From a bacterium (lineage in GTDB: Bacteria; SAR324; NAC60-12), in contig OZ242383.1 in NCBI GenBank assembly GCA_965209155.1, forward strand, positions 3,136,001 to 3,200,000: DNA of 64,000 nucleotides. Direction: 5' to 3'. The notes below the pieces were generated by a model. The model saw only the letters and a program-made list of their open reading frames with translations, had not been told where the DNA came from and searched no databases. This document shows positions 9,563 through 19,810 of the stretch, one piece after another. Numbering within the stretch: position 1 is the first letter of the stretch; every line of letters begins with the position of its first letter. Position numbers and translations under genes: made by a program.

Positions 9563-11025
9563 CTCTCCCCCTTCTTTCTCTGCAGGACGAGGGCATCATA
9601 TTCGGCCAGCGAATGCGGGGTGAGGCGGATATGATTTAAGGCTTCTTGTTTCAAAACCACTGGAGGTTGATGGGAGACGGGCCTCATTTCCTGGTAGAGG
9701 ATATTTTTGACATAATCGAGGCCAAAAGCGTGGTGATGGATGGCCTTTTCAAGGGCAATGACTAAAGAGTCTAAGCCGTATTGCTCTAAAAGTTTGAGCA
9801 GTTGCTGAATCGTCTTTTGTAAAGCCATCCCCGATTGATTGATGCCCTGCAGAAAGGTTTGGCAACAGGGCGCCAATGAAAGAAAATAAACACAGTCCGG
9901 ATGCGGTAGAGGGGAGCGTTTTTGAGGGTTTCGATGTTTGGGATTTTCCAGCCGTTGTTTGCGTTGCCAAGATCTTAAATGCTGGGCCACACGGCGCTCT
10001 TTAATAAAGAGCAAGACCTCATATTGGTCGGCTTTGAGGGTGAGCCGGTGTCCTAATGTCCAGTCGGGTACGGAATAATAATTTGAATCGAAGGTCACGG
10101 TGGCATCGGCTAAGACAGTCACACGGCGGGTCAGATAACAATCGGGCAAGCAAGGGGGCAAGGCTCGAAGCGTTTGAGGTTGAAAGCGTTCATCGGGTTT
10201 TTCTAAGGTGGTTTGATGCTGGCGCACATTGGCCACTGTCTGCAGCCAATGATTCATTTGCTGCTGGACATCGGCCAGATCTTTGAACTGACGAAGAGGC
10301 CAAAAATTATCCCGAATATAGCGGATCACCCTCTCCACTTTGCCTTTCGATCGCGGAAGCCTCGGCGAACAAGCCTTCGGGATGAGCTGAAAGGGGCGGA
10401 GAAAATCTAAAAAGGCTCCGTTAAATCGGATGATGGATCCCACTCGTTCAACGACGGCGGTTTTCATGTTATCAAACACCAGTTCTTTGGTAGTTCCTCC
10501 GTAGAACTGGAAGGCGGTTAATAAAGCCTGATGGAAAGCCGTCTGGTCTGTCGAATGGCTAAAATAAACAAAGAGTTTTCGGCTATGGCATTCAATGACA
10601 GCCAGGGCATAAAGCTTTCGCTGGGTTTGTCCATAGCTGAGTTTGCCAAAAAAACCCCAATCGATTTGGAACTGTTCCCCCGGCTGGCTTTCAAAGCGTC
10701 TGATGGGCATCGCAGCGGGTTTGGGGCGAATCTTTCTGAGATAGTCTTTCACAATCCCATACCTCCCCTCGAATCCAAGCCCTTGCAGACGCTGCAAAAC
10801 CACCGTTGCGCTGAGGCTGGCATCACTTTGCAACCATTGCTCCATATGCGCTTTAAAAGGATTGAGTTTAGATGGTTTTTTAATTTTTTTTCGCACAATT
10901 TGAGGATGGCAGAGATGCCGCTTCACCGTCGCACGGGAAAGGTTCAAGCGAAGAGCAATTTTTCGCTGAGAAAGTCCTTCTGCATGCAGGCGATGGATTT
11001 CAAAGAGAGTATGCTGATCAATCAC
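9559..11025 (-). CDS. istA: IS21 DDE transposase
   Basis: N-terminal HTH, RFESQPGEQFQIDWG, FDNMKTAV, SKGKVER, NYYSVP; 4-bp overlap with istB. Confidence 0.97.
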   Translation of the reverse strand: MIDQHTLFEIHRLHAEGLSQRKIALRLNLSRATVKRHLCHPQIVRKKIKKPSKLNPFKAHMEQWLQSDASLSATVVLQRLQGLGFEGRYGIVKDYLRKIRPKPAAMPIRRFESQPGEQFQIDWGFFGKLSYGQTQRKLYALAVIECHSRKLFVYFSHSTDQTAFHQALLTAFQFYGGTTKELVFDNMKTAVVERVGSIIRFNGAFLDFLRPFQLIPKACSPRLPRSKGKVERVIRYIRDNFWPLRQFKDLADVQQQMNHWLQTVANVRQHQTTLEKPDERFQPQTLRALPPCLPDCYLTRRVTVLADATVTFDSNYYSVPDWTLGHRLTLKADQYEVLLFIKERRVAQHLRSWQRKQRLENPKHRNPQKRSPLPHPDCVYFLSLAPCCQTFLQGINQSGMALQKTIQQLLKLLEQYGLDSLVIALEKAIHHHAFGLDYVKNILYQEMRPVSHQPPVVLKQEALNHIRLTPHSLAEYDALVLQRKKGER

Positions 11026-11371
11026 AGGGACCTTTACAGTCAGAGGGTGAGGGGGATCTTCTTAGTGGAGACAGGGGCAAGTGAAGGACCTGCACTAAGG
11101 TCTCTTCTGTGGCGATCAGATCCATTTGCAATAAACCACTCAAAGCCTGTTGATAGACATCCCTCTTCATTTTCAGCAGTTGAGTGATGGTCTTGGGACT
11201 GTAGTAGGAAAGTCCTTGAGCATCCGCGGCCATCACATAAAAAAAATATAAGATCAATTCCTCAGATCGCAGGCATTCAAAAAAGCCCTCCCTCAAAAAT
11301 CGGTGAGGAATGAAGCTAAAACTTCCCTCGATCACCCGTCGTCTGCTTTTCATAATCAACTGCTTTCTCAT
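11018..11371 (-). CDS. IS21 accessory protein, probable winged-HTH (replication-initiator-like)
   Basis: SFSFIPHRFL..LILYFFYVMAADAQGLSYYS..ITQLL..ALSGLLQMDLI pattern; ATG 11371 has an AAGGAG RBS; the stop overlaps the istA start. Confidence 0.7.
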   Translation of the reverse strand: MRKQLIMKSRRRVIEGSFSFIPHRFLREGFFECLRSEELILYFFYVMAADAQGLSYYSPKTITQLLKMKRDVYQQALSGLLQMDLIATEETLVQVLHLPLSPLRRSPSPSDCKGPCD

Positions 11372-11495
11372 CACAGCTCCTTCTTTTGGATGGATGGTTA
11401 ACAAGGTTTTCATCTTTTTTAACTCAGCTGAAGGGTGGTGGCAATAAAGTCCTTCTTTGCAATCACGGATAAGTTGTTGATATCTCAAGGTTCTT

Positions 11496-12026
11496 TTAGG
11501 TTAACGCGTCCATCTTTGCAATCAAAGGAAGCTCAACAAAAGCCTTAAAAATCTGGGCAGGGGAGGAATTTGACGCGTCCATCTTTGCAATCAAATCCTC
11601 ATCGGAGGAGGCGATAAGGCAGAATTGATAAGGGATGGACGCGTCCGTCTTTGCAATCGGCACTGATGAGAGCGAGAAGGGCTTTGATCTGAGCGGAGAG
11701 ATGGAAGGAATGGTATTCATCGAGAGTTTTTCCACAATATACCCCCGCTGTTTGGCATTGCGGATCAACTGAAGTTTTCGATTGCGCTCAGCCTGAACTG
11801 GATGTTTTTCTCGATAGACTTTCCAATAATCGCGGTGGCTTTCTTGCCAAGCCTTCTGACTAGCTTTTCGGTTCTGTTGATAGTCTGGATCGCTGGCTAA
11901 CTTTTTACGCTCCCAATTCGTCTTGCGCGCACGCTGACACCTCTTCAGGCTGCAGTAACTTTGCTCCTTGTTTTGAGGGCGGCGGAGGAAAAATTGGTGG
12001 CAGTTGATGCATCTACCTGTTTGCAT
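11496..12026 (-). CDS. IS21 accessory protein, N-terminal CxxC..CxxxxC Zn-binding motif, basic helical region, three IAK(M/T)DA repeats
   Basis: CINC..YCSLKRCQRARK; AGGAG RBS; lies within the TIRs. Confidence 0.7.
   Translation of the reverse strand: MQTGRCINCHQFFLRRPQNKEQSYCSLKRCQRARKTNWERKKLASDPDYQQNRKASQKAWQESHRDYWKVYREKHPVQAERNRKLQLIRNAKQRGYIVEKLSMNTIPSISPLRSKPFSLSSVPIAKTDASIPYQFCLIASSDEDLIAKMDASNSSPAQIFKAFVELPLIAKMDALT
11504..11658. repeat. Three direct repeats ACGCGTCC(A/G)TCTTTGCAATC
   Basis: Copies at 11504-11526, 11573-11595 and 11639-11658 (spacing 69 and 66 bp). Confidence 0.9.
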
Positions 12027-12374
12027 AGGATCTCCTGTTGATGCTTTGAGGGGCTTCCTTCAAGAAAAACTTGTCTTACAGGAACATGACTCAAAGTATC
12101 AAAGAAATCACTGCCTCCCACTCAAATGAAGAAGAAAAATGAACAGGTAAAACAACTTCTTACACCATTGCTCGCTCCATGTTGATTCAGCTCTCAGAGG
12201 AAGGAAGAACAAGCATGAGAAAGAAAATGGAGAGGAAAACAAAATTTATTGATTGGAAAGTAAATGAATAGAAGAAAAAACGAGACAAAGTAAAAAGTAG
12301 TAAAAAAACATCCGCTAACTATTGGCTATCATTCAAGTCGCCACACTTGGTTAAGTTTTACAGTGGCGTTAACA

Positions 12375-13181
12375 CTCGATGGATATGAAACCCGCTTCTC
12401 CGGTTTCAAGGGCTATTTCTATCTGCATTTAGAACACCAACGGCGTCCTCATCCTGATATGCCTTTTCGTCTTTTAGTCTACATGGTCAATATCTGGGAA
12501 CAGCATAAAAAACAGTATCCCAAAGAACCGATTCCGTTGATCTTCCCAATGGTGCTCTACCAGGGAGCAACGTCATGGAAGGTGAGCTTGAGCTTTCATG
12601 AATTTCTTGAAGTTCCTCATGCCTTAAAATCCTACGTTCCAAATTTTACCTATAGCCTGATGGATTTATCTAAATTGTCTGATGAAGAAATCAAAGGTCA
12701 ACTGTTATTGAGAGTGGCACTTTTGCTCATGAAGCATATCGATGCCCCGGATCTCAAGGAATACCTGATCGAAACCATTTTGCCTTTACTCAACGAGTTC
12801 ACTCAAAAAGAAACAGGATTGGAAACTCTAGAAACTGTGCTATATTATTTATTCCAAGGGAATCCTCATTTAGAGAAAGCCAGTGTGATTCCTCAAATCC
12901 AAAAACAACTAGTTTCTGAAAAAGCACAAGAGGTAATCATGACTATTGCCGAACAATTAAGACAAGAAGGCCTTCAGCAAGGTGTCCAACAAGGTGTTCA
13001 ACAAGAAGCTCTACAACTCGTTGTCAAACTTTTGGAGAAAAAATTTAGCCCGCTCACCGGATCACACCAAAGGATACTTGAAGGCTTGCCCGTCTCCGAA
13101 TTAGAATCCTTAGCAGAACGAATCCTTAATGCTTCTGGTCTTGAGGAGGTTTTTGATGGTTTCCCGAAGCGATCTTCATAA
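12375..13181 (+). pseudogene. 5'-truncated Rpn/YhgA-like (Transposase_31, PD-(D/E)xK) nuclease
   Basis: YFYLHLEHQ..DMPFRLLVYM..P.IFPMVLYQG motifs; N-terminal part missing; the apparent start at 12363 lies inside the IS end. Confidence 0.85.
12939..13181 (+). CDS. Internal RpnS-type small protein (C-terminal DUF4351-like domain), 80 aa
   Basis: GAGGT RBS then ATG 12939, MTIAEQLRQEGLQQGVQQG..., the classic internal start of Rpn proteins. Confidence 0.65.
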   Translation: MTIAEQLRQEGLQQGVQQGVQQEALQLVVKLLEKKFSPLTGSHQRILEGLPVSELESLAERILNASGLEEVFDGFPKRSS

Positions 13182-13263
13182 CCTCCCTTGGGATTCCACG
13201 AGACGGCTTTCACTCGGTGTCACCACTTCGCGTTCTAAGGGGCTTATCAAAACCATCTTTTTT

Positions 13264-16200
13264 TTATGAAGGTTTGAGATGGTATTGGATTATTTTTCGA
13301 TACAACGTTTTACGATCAACCCCCAGGAGGGCTGAAACTTTGCCCTGGTGCCAGTTATTATTGTCCAGCACCTTGGTCAAATACAGTTTTTCGAGTCGCT
13401 TCACAGTGACATCCAAGGATTCATTGGTTTCACGCGCCTCAACCGGGACCGGGGGTTCTGTTTGGCTGTCATTGATTAAAGAGGTATCGAGGAAGTCGAG
13501 TTTCTTGAGCGTCAGGTAGCGATGCATGGTGTTGATCAGTTCCCTGACGTTTCCCGGCCAATCATAGGAAGTCAGAGATTCTATGACAGCGGCAGTGATT
13601 GTGGGCAGGTTCTTTGAGGATGGGTAGTTTTGCATAAAATGCTCAATCAAAAGGGGGATATCCTCTTTACGTTCCCGGAGAGGCGGCAAGTGAATAGGGA
13701 TAATATGGATGCGGTAGAGGAAATCCTCCCGCATCAATCCCTTTTTCACCTGTTCTTTTAAATCTTTATTGGTGGCGGCAATGACGCGAAAATCGGAGGT
13801 TTCCGCTTCAAGGCCGCCTACTGGCGTGAACCCTCCACCCTCAATAGCACGCAGCAGTTTGGCTTGCAGGTTGGGGCCGATTTCACCCAATTCATCCAGG
13901 AAAAGCGTGCCTTTGTCTGCCGAATGGAGCAGGCCGCGCTTATCCGCGTTGGCTCCGGTAAAGGCCCCTTTTTTATAGCCGAAAAACTCACTTTCCAAGA
14001 GGGTTTCCGCAACGCCGACGGCGTTGACAGGAACAAAGGCTTTTTCTTTTCTATCACTCATCTCATGGATGGCTTCGGCCACCAGTTCTTTACCGGTCCC
14101 AGATTCACCGTATACAATGACGCCAGCATCGCTAGCCGCCGCCTTTAAGATCAATTCATAAATCTCCTGCATCACGGGGCTTTTGCCGATGATCTTTCCG
14201 AACCGATAACGCTCCTTGATGTTGGAGCGCAGACGGACATTTTCTTCATGCAGGGCTTCCATCCGGTTTTTCTGCTCCGTTACGTCGGAAAGAATCCCTT
14301 CGATGAAGCGCAATGCATCGGTCTCGTCATAGACCGGGCGGGCGTGCAGGGAGGCCCAGAAGGTGCTGCCGTCTTTACGGAAAAATTTCACCTCAAAATC
14401 CGAAACGGGGCGGCGTTGCCGGATGAGATCCAGGAACTGATGACGACGCTCCGGATTCACATAATGCTGGTTCCCGACATCGTTGATGGATGCCATCAGC
14501 TCTTCCGGGGAGGAGTACCCGAAGATCCGGGCCATCGCTGGATTGGCACTCAGAAAGCGGCCGTCCTGGCTCGTCCGGTAGACGCCTTCGGTGGCGTTTT
14601 CAAAAATTCCCCGGTATTCGGCTTCCGCTCGCTTCATGTTGTCGTAGAGCCTGGCATTTTCCAGGGAAATGGCGATCTGAGAGGTGAGGTGTTTGATCAC
14701 CTCGAATCGCAGGGGGGTGAAGGCCCCTTCAACCAGGTTATTCTCCAGGTAAATGATTCCCGTCAAGGCTGACTTGTGAGTGATCGGTGCGCACAGGATC
14801 GATTTGGGGCGCTCCTTTTTAATATAGTCATCCCCGACAAACCGTTCCTCCCGAGAGGCGTTGTCCAAAACCAGGTGTTCCCGGGTTTGTTTCACCCAGG
14901 AGATGACCGAGAGGGAGAGAAATTCAGCCTTTTCCACAGGCAGGGAAAGCGGTAGAAAACATTCGACCTGCTCGGCACTCCCGCGGGCAGCAATGAGAGA
15001 CTGACCTTCGGTTTCCAGAATCAGGGCTGCTGTCTGAGCCCCGGCATTTTCCATGAGAATGCCAAGCAGGATCTCAAGCAGTGGTTCCAACTCGAGGGTA
15101 CTGGATAGGGCCTCCGAGGCTTTGAGCATCGTCCCCAGATCCAGGTTGGCCGATGGGGACGCCACTGCTTCGGCACGATCATCGGAAATCAGCCCGGGAT
15201 ATCGAGACTTCAGGTGCGCAACCTTCCGTTTTGCCCCCCAGGCTTCGTACTTCTCCATTGCTGAGCGCAGGTAAGCCCGGGCGGCGTCGCTCTGCCCCTG
15301 GTTGAGCAAGTACCTGGCTGCCAGTTCATTGGCCAGGGCTTCCTCGTGGATAAATTCGCTCTCCCTGGCCAAAGCGATGGCCTGGTCATAGTGGGACAGG
15401 ATCGCATCGCTTTGACCCTCCAAAACCCGCATCCGTTCGGCTTCCACCAGGTGGTATTTATGCAAATAATTGGGCGGTGCGCAGCGCGCCAGTTTCTCCA
15501 ACGTCTCCTGATTGTCATCGACCTGGGTGAGGATCTCCTCCTTTTCCCTCTCAGGCACCTGATCGCAGACCGCCAGGAGAACGAGGGACAGGTAACTGTT
15601 AGCCAGGGGATCAATAAGGGGAGCTTTATAGGTTTTCATCACGTTGATCATTTCAAAAACCGTCTCCTGCGCTGCTTCGTATTCTCCAAACAGGGTTTGC
15701 AGCACCAGCTTATGGTAATTAAAACAGCTATGTTCATTATATACGTACTCTGCACTCGTCACCCTATCGTATTGATCAATGATGCTGGTCGACAGGGTCG
15801 AAGGTTCATCCATCAGAATCGTGACCGCCTTCGTCAGCATTTCCACCCGGGGAGACCCGATAATAAAATCGATCTTCTTGAGATCAGCCTTCAACGTTGA
15901 CAATTCCCCTTTCAGACAATTCAGCTCTTTCCCGCACATAAACGCAATAAAACATCTTACGACGGCACCATGACCGGCATTGTAGAAATCTCCCGTTTCG
16001 ATTCCCATCTTATGAGCTTCCAGCAAGGGATCCAATGACGCCGATAACGGCTCCCGGTAGATCCGGATAAGGCCGTTGAAAATCCTGGAAACTCTACAGT
16101 GTATTTCCTTCAGATCAAGCGCTTCCATGAGCTGCATGCCCAGACGACCGAGTTCATAACCAAAATCAAAATCCTGCATAAACTCGCAATAGATCATTCC

Positions 16201-19200
16201 AAGGCTACAATAGAAGTCGGGTGAATATTCCGGATGAAAATAATTAAGCAGCAAAGAGATGCGTTTTAAAGCGGCGGGCTGCCAAAGACCGACATCCGGA
16301 GTAATCCCAGTCTCGCCAAATGAGTGAAAGAGTTCATTTAGGATACGGACAGGGACCTCGGCATCCGGTTGGGTGAGCCGCTCAAACTGCATCACTTCTT
16401 CGACGCTTTTACCGGCCAGGCCGGATTTGATTTGAGCGAGGGCCTGCTGCCATTGGCCGGGAGACAAACGGCTCAGTTTACATCCCAGTTTCTCCAGAAT
16501 TTCCTCGCCCGTTTCCATGGCCTTCTTTAATTCACCCCGGGTGGTGTATGCCTTGATCAGGCATTGATAAACATTGGCCAGGTCCGGGTCCTTTTGGGCG
16601 TTGTCTTTTACGGCACCGGCCAGCTTCTCCATCAACTCGAAGCGGCCGCAGAGCCATGACATCTCCGTGGCTTCCTCATGCAGGGATAAGGCCAGGGGGT
16701 ATTGCCATTTCCAGGCGGCGGCTCCTGAAAGCTCCAGGCCGATGGTAAAATATTCCAGGGCCTGTTCAAAAGCTGAAGCCGCCCTGGCCTTAAGACCGGC
16801 TTTCAGGTTGAGTTCCGCCAGGTGCGATCGTTCTTTCCATTTATCCTTCAACCCCCTGGCCAGGTTGAGATGGTGGACGATGTCAAAAAGCAGAGCGTCA
16901 CTTTTTCCGGGAGCATATTGCTTGAGCAGGGTCTGACCGATTCGAAGATGGACCGGCTGTTTCTCCTTTTGGGCAATGAGGGCATAAGCAGCCTGCTGCA
17001 CCCGGTCATGCAGGAATTTGAAGCTGCTGTAATCCGAGGTCGCTCCGGTGGTCGGATCATCCAGTTCAGGGGCCCGGGAAATACCAGTGATCAGCCCCTT
17101 TTTCAGGGCCGGCAACAGGTTGTCGTATATCTCCCTGCTTCCAGCGCCGCTGATCAGTCCCAGCGATTCCAGGTCAAAGGAATTGCCGATGCAGGCCGCC
17201 AGGCTTAAGAGTCGCCTGGTTTCAGAGGAAAAACCATGGAGCTGGTCAACCAGCAAATCCACCACATTCTCGGTCACCGCCAGGAATTCGATGGCAGCCA
17301 GGTCCCATGTCCATCGTTTTTCCTCAGGGGAGTAACCGATCAGCTCCTTTTCGGAGAGTACGGTCAAAAACTGGCACACAAAGAAAGGATTGCCGCCGGT
17401 TTTGCGCACCAGGAGCTCTGCCAGCGGTTTGGCCTCCTCAGCACGGCAGTGGCAGGTATGGACGAGCAGATGTGAAATGTGTTCCCGTTTCAGGGGCTTT
17501 AAGAAGATCGTTTGCAGCGGCTGGCCAGTTTTTTTGATCACCTCACGACTGATCATCAGCCGGTGATCGGCATCCACCTCGTTGTCGCGATAGGCTCCCA
17601 GGAAAAGCAGAGGTTTCCTTTCGGGATGCTGAGCGATGCGTTCCACCAGCTTGAGTGTATCAGCGTCCACCCACTGCAAGTCGTCCAGAAAAATAATCAG
17701 GGGATGGGTTTTTTCACAGAAAACAGAGATGAAATCCAGTAAAACGGCAGTGAAGCGGTTCCGGGTCTCCATCGCTCCCATTTCCGGTAGCGGGGGCTGT
17801 GGGCCGATCATCGGCTCCAGTTCCGGTATCACCCGGGTCACCAGTTGTCCGTTGGGGCCCAGGGCAGCCCGTATCTTGCTTTTCCAACGCTCCATTCCGG
17901 ATTTGTCTTCAACCGGTATCTCCCGGGTGAGCCCCCGCAGCGCCTGGATCAGGGCGCTGTAGGGGATATTGTGCCGGAGCTGATCAAACTTGCCGGAGAT
18001 GAAGAAACCGTTTTTTTGGGCAACGGACCGGTGAATTTCACCGACCAGGGCGGTTTTGCCGACACCGGCGCTTCCCGAGACCAGCACCATTTCGGACGCT
18101 CCCTGGCTGACTCGCTCCAGGGCGGCTTCCAGGGCGGTGATTTCATCCTCCCGGCCGTAAAGCCCCGGGACGATCTGCAATTCTTTAGGAATGTCCAGGC
18201 GAGCCAGGGGAAAGTCGGACAGGCTCCCCTGGTTTTCCAGTTGTTCCACACATGCCAGGAGATCGGCTGAAAGCCCCGAGTGATTCTGGTAGCGCGCCTC
18301 GGCACGCTTGGCCACCAGTTTCATCACCAGGCGGGAAAGGACTCTGGGTACTTGCGGTTCAATCTTGTCCAGGGGTTCGGGCTGCCGGGCAATGTGACCG
18401 TGGATGATTTCCATGGGTTCCCGGGATCCGAAAGGCACTTTCCCGCTGAAAAGTTCATAAAGGGTGACCCCCAGGGAATAAAAATCACTGCGATAATTGA
18501 GCACCCGGTTCATCCGCCCGGTCTGCTCAGGAGAAATATAGGGCAGGGTTTCCCCGCTTAGCTGGGGACTCAACGTCGTCAAATTTTCCTTAGGCAACCG
18601 GCTGGCCAGGCCGAAGCCGGTCAGTTTGACCGTTCCTGATCCCGGATCGACAAAAATATTGAATGGATTGATCATTTTATGCAAGATGCCCTGCCGGTGC
18701 ACTTCTTTCAGAATACCGGTCAGAGAAAGCGCTACCTTCAGCGAGTCCAGCAGGTTGAACCGGGCGGCATCCATCAGCTTTCTTAATGGAAGCGCATCCG
18801 TGTTTTCCAGGATCAACGCCCATCCCTTTTCACATTGCACCAGTTCCTCTGCCCTGAGGACCCCATCGATTTCCAGAGCCCGGGTGATCTCATGCTCATG
18901 CCGTATTTCCGCCAGCTCCTGCGCACTCTGCTCGGAAGATGCCGCGCCCTTGATCAGAACCCAAAGCCCATCGCTTTGCCGCCTGCCGCGCCAAAGCCTG
19001 GTCCGACTGCTTTCAAAAATGACCTCCTCCAGCGAATAACCCGGAATCTCTGGTTTTTCCAGACTGGAAACGGATTTCGTTTTGCTTACAACCGATTTTA
19101 GAGGTCCAGGATATGCTTTATTTGCTTTAGTCGCAGATTTCCGCGGATTTCCACGGATGTGAGGAGTTTTGAATTTAACAACCTGCTGCTTGCGGTCTTG

Positions 19201-19515
19201 AGAACGGTTTTGATTCTTACCCTCAGTTTGATCCCCTTTATTCTTCTTCTTCATATCCACCGGATCGCGACCCAGGGCAATATCATGCAGCAGTTTTTTA
19301 GCGATTTTTCGGGCCTGCTTGTCGCTCCATACCCCATGAATACCAATGGTATAGCGCCGCGAACGTCCATTGATGCGGTACTGCAAGAGGTAGACCCGTC
19401 TGCCCTTGGGAGTTATTTTACAGCCGAACATCGGCAACTCGGTGTCCCATAGGAAACGGTCTTTAGTCCCGGGGTTGAGGGACTCGACAGCCTGTTTAGT
19501 GATTTTGTCTTTCAT
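13264..19515 (-). CDS. Integrase arm-DNA-binding domain + Ser/Thr pseudokinase + STAND/AAA ATPase + TPR-like region + GAF + PAS + sigma-54 AAA+ activator + Fis HTH
   Basis: [47 protein letters not shown] (arm domain); [29 protein letters not shown] / [44 protein letters not shown]. Confidence 0.92.
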   Translation of the reverse strand: MKDKITKQAVESLNPGTKDRFLWDTELPMFGCKITPKGRRVYLLQYRINGRSRRYTIGIHGVWSDKQARKIAKKLLHDIALGRDPVDMKKKNKGDQTEGKNQNRSQDRKQQVVKFKTPHIRGNPRKSATKANKAYPGPLKSVVSKTKSVSSLEKPEIPGYSLEEVIFESSRTRLWRGRRQSDGLWVLIKGAASSEQSAQELAEIRHEHEITRALEIDGVLRAEELVQCEKGWALILENTDALPLRKLMDAARFNLLDSLKVALSLTGILKEVHRQGILHKMINPFNIFVDPGSGTVKLTGFGLASRLPKENLTTLSPQLSGETLPYISPEQTGRMNRVLNYRSDFYSLGVTLYELFSGKVPFGSREPMEIIHGHIARQPEPLDKIEPQVPRVLSRLVMKLVAKRAEARYQNHSGLSADLLACVEQLENQGSLSDFPLARLDIPKELQIVPGLYGREDEITALEAALERVSQGASEMVLVSGSAGVGKTALVGEIHRSVAQKNGFFISGKFDQLRHNIPYSALIQALRGLTREIPVEDKSGMERWKSKIRAALGPNGQLVTRVIPELEPMIGPQPPLPEMGAMETRNRFTAVLLDFISVFCEKTHPLIIFLDDLQWVDADTLKLVERIAQHPERKPLLFLGAYRDNEVDADHRLMISREVIKKTGQPLQTIFLKPLKREHISHLLVHTCHCRAEEAKPLAELLVRKTGGNPFFVCQFLTVLSEKELIGYSPEEKRWTWDLAAIEFLAVTENVVDLLVDQLHGFSSETRRLLSLAACIGNSFDLESLGLISGAGSREIYDNLLPALKKGLITGISRAPELDDPTTGATSDYSSFKFLHDRVQQAAYALIAQKEKQPVHLRIGQTLLKQYAPGKSDALLFDIVHHLNLARGLKDKWKERSHLAELNLKAGLKARAASAFEQALEYFTIGLELSGAAAWKWQYPLALSLHEEATEMSWLCGRFELMEKLAGAVKDNAQKDPDLANVYQCLIKAYTTRGELKKAMETGEEILEKLGCKLSRLSPGQWQQALAQIKSGLAGKSVEEVMQFERLTQPDAEVPVRILNELFHSFGETGITPDVGLWQPAALKRISLLLNYFHPEYSPDFYCSLGMIYCEFMQDFDFGYELGRLGMQLMEALDLKEIHCRVSRIFNGLIRIYREPLSASLDPLLEAHKMGIETGDFYNAGHGAVVRCFIAFMCGKELNCLKGELSTLKADLKKIDFIIGSPRVEMLTKAVTILMDEPSTLSTSIIDQYDRVTSAEYVYNEHSCFNYHKLVLQTLFGEYEAAQETVFEMINVMKTYKAPLIDPLANSYLSLVLLAVCDQVPEREKEEILTQVDDNQETLEKLARCAPPNYLHKYHLVEAERMRVLEGQSDAILSHYDQAIALARESEFIHEEALANELAARYLLNQGQSDAARAYLRSAMEKYEAWGAKRKVAHLKSRYPGLISDDRAEAVASPSANLDLGTMLKASEALSSTLELEPLLEILLGILMENAGAQTAALILETEGQSLIAARGSAEQVECFLPLSLPVEKAEFLSLSVISWVKQTREHLVLDNASREERFVGDDYIKKERPKSILCAPITHKSALTGIIYLENNLVEGAFTPLRFEVIKHLTSQIAISLENARLYDNMKRAEAEYRGIFENATEGVYRTSQDGRFLSANPAMARIFGYSSPEELMASINDVGNQHYVNPERRHQFLDLIRQRRPVSDFEVKFFRKDGSTFWASLHARPVYDETDALRFIEGILSDVTEQKNRMEALHEENVRLRSNIKERYRFGKIIGKSPVMQEIYELILKAAASDAGVIVYGESGTGKELVAEAIHEMSDRKEKAFVPVNAVGVAETLLESEFFGYKKGAFTGANADKRGLLHSADKGTLFLDELGEIGPNLQAKLLRAIEGGGFTPVGGLEAETSDFRVIAATNKDLKEQVKKGLMREDFLYRIHIIPIHLPPLRERKEDIPLLIEHFMQNYPSSKNLPTITAAVIESLTSYDWPGNVRELINTMHRYLTLKKLDFLDTSLINDSQTEPPVPVEARETNESLDVTVKRLEKLYLTKVLDNNNWHQGKVSALLGVDRKTLYRKIIQYHLKPS

Positions 19516-19524
19516 GACTCTGGC

Positions 19525-19795
19525 CTTAGTGCAATAGCAAATAGAAAGCAATTCCTCTACGATGTTAAAAGCTGGATCGTCTTGATCAAGCAAATATATA
19601 GTAAGCAAATAGTACGCAATCCGTCAACGGAATTGTTTGTCGGGTGGATGGCCGAATCCCGGAGAGATAAGATGATGAGCAGCCTATCAAACTTTCTGGT
19701 CTTAGTGCAATAGCAAATAGTAAGCAAATCCTCTGAAATATCAGGAGTTGGGTCGTCTTGATCAAGCGAATAAATAGTAAGCAAATAGTACGCAA
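19525..19795. repeat. Two 95-bp direct repeats rich in AAATAGTAAGCAAA-type motifs (integrase arm-site-like)
   Basis: Copy 1 19525-19619 and copy 2 19701-19795 both read CTTAGTGCAATAGCAAATAG..TCGTCTTGATCAAGC..ATAGTAAGCAAATAGTACGCAA. Confidence 0.9.
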
Positions 19796-19810
19796 GAGGA
19801 ATCTCACCTA

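Larger units (their letters stand above)
8664..12374 (-). mobile_element. Complete IS21-family element (3711 bp) with two extra genes
   Basis: Imperfect TIRs: TGTTGATGGCAGTAGTAAAGTATACCAA.. at 8664 and TGTTAACGCCACTGTAAAACTTAACCAA.. (reverse complement ending 12374). 5-bp target duplication CTCGA at 8659-8663 and 12375-12379. istA and istB lie inside. Confidence 0.93.

Noticed and set aside
12363..12374. Start of the rpn ORF at 12363
   Set aside because: It lies within the IS21 terminal repeat and is not the native start
19516..19807. N-terminal extension to 19608 and ORFs 19557..19784 and 19586..19807
   Set aside because: They are translations of the 95-bp DNA repeats; domain similarity begins at ATG 19515
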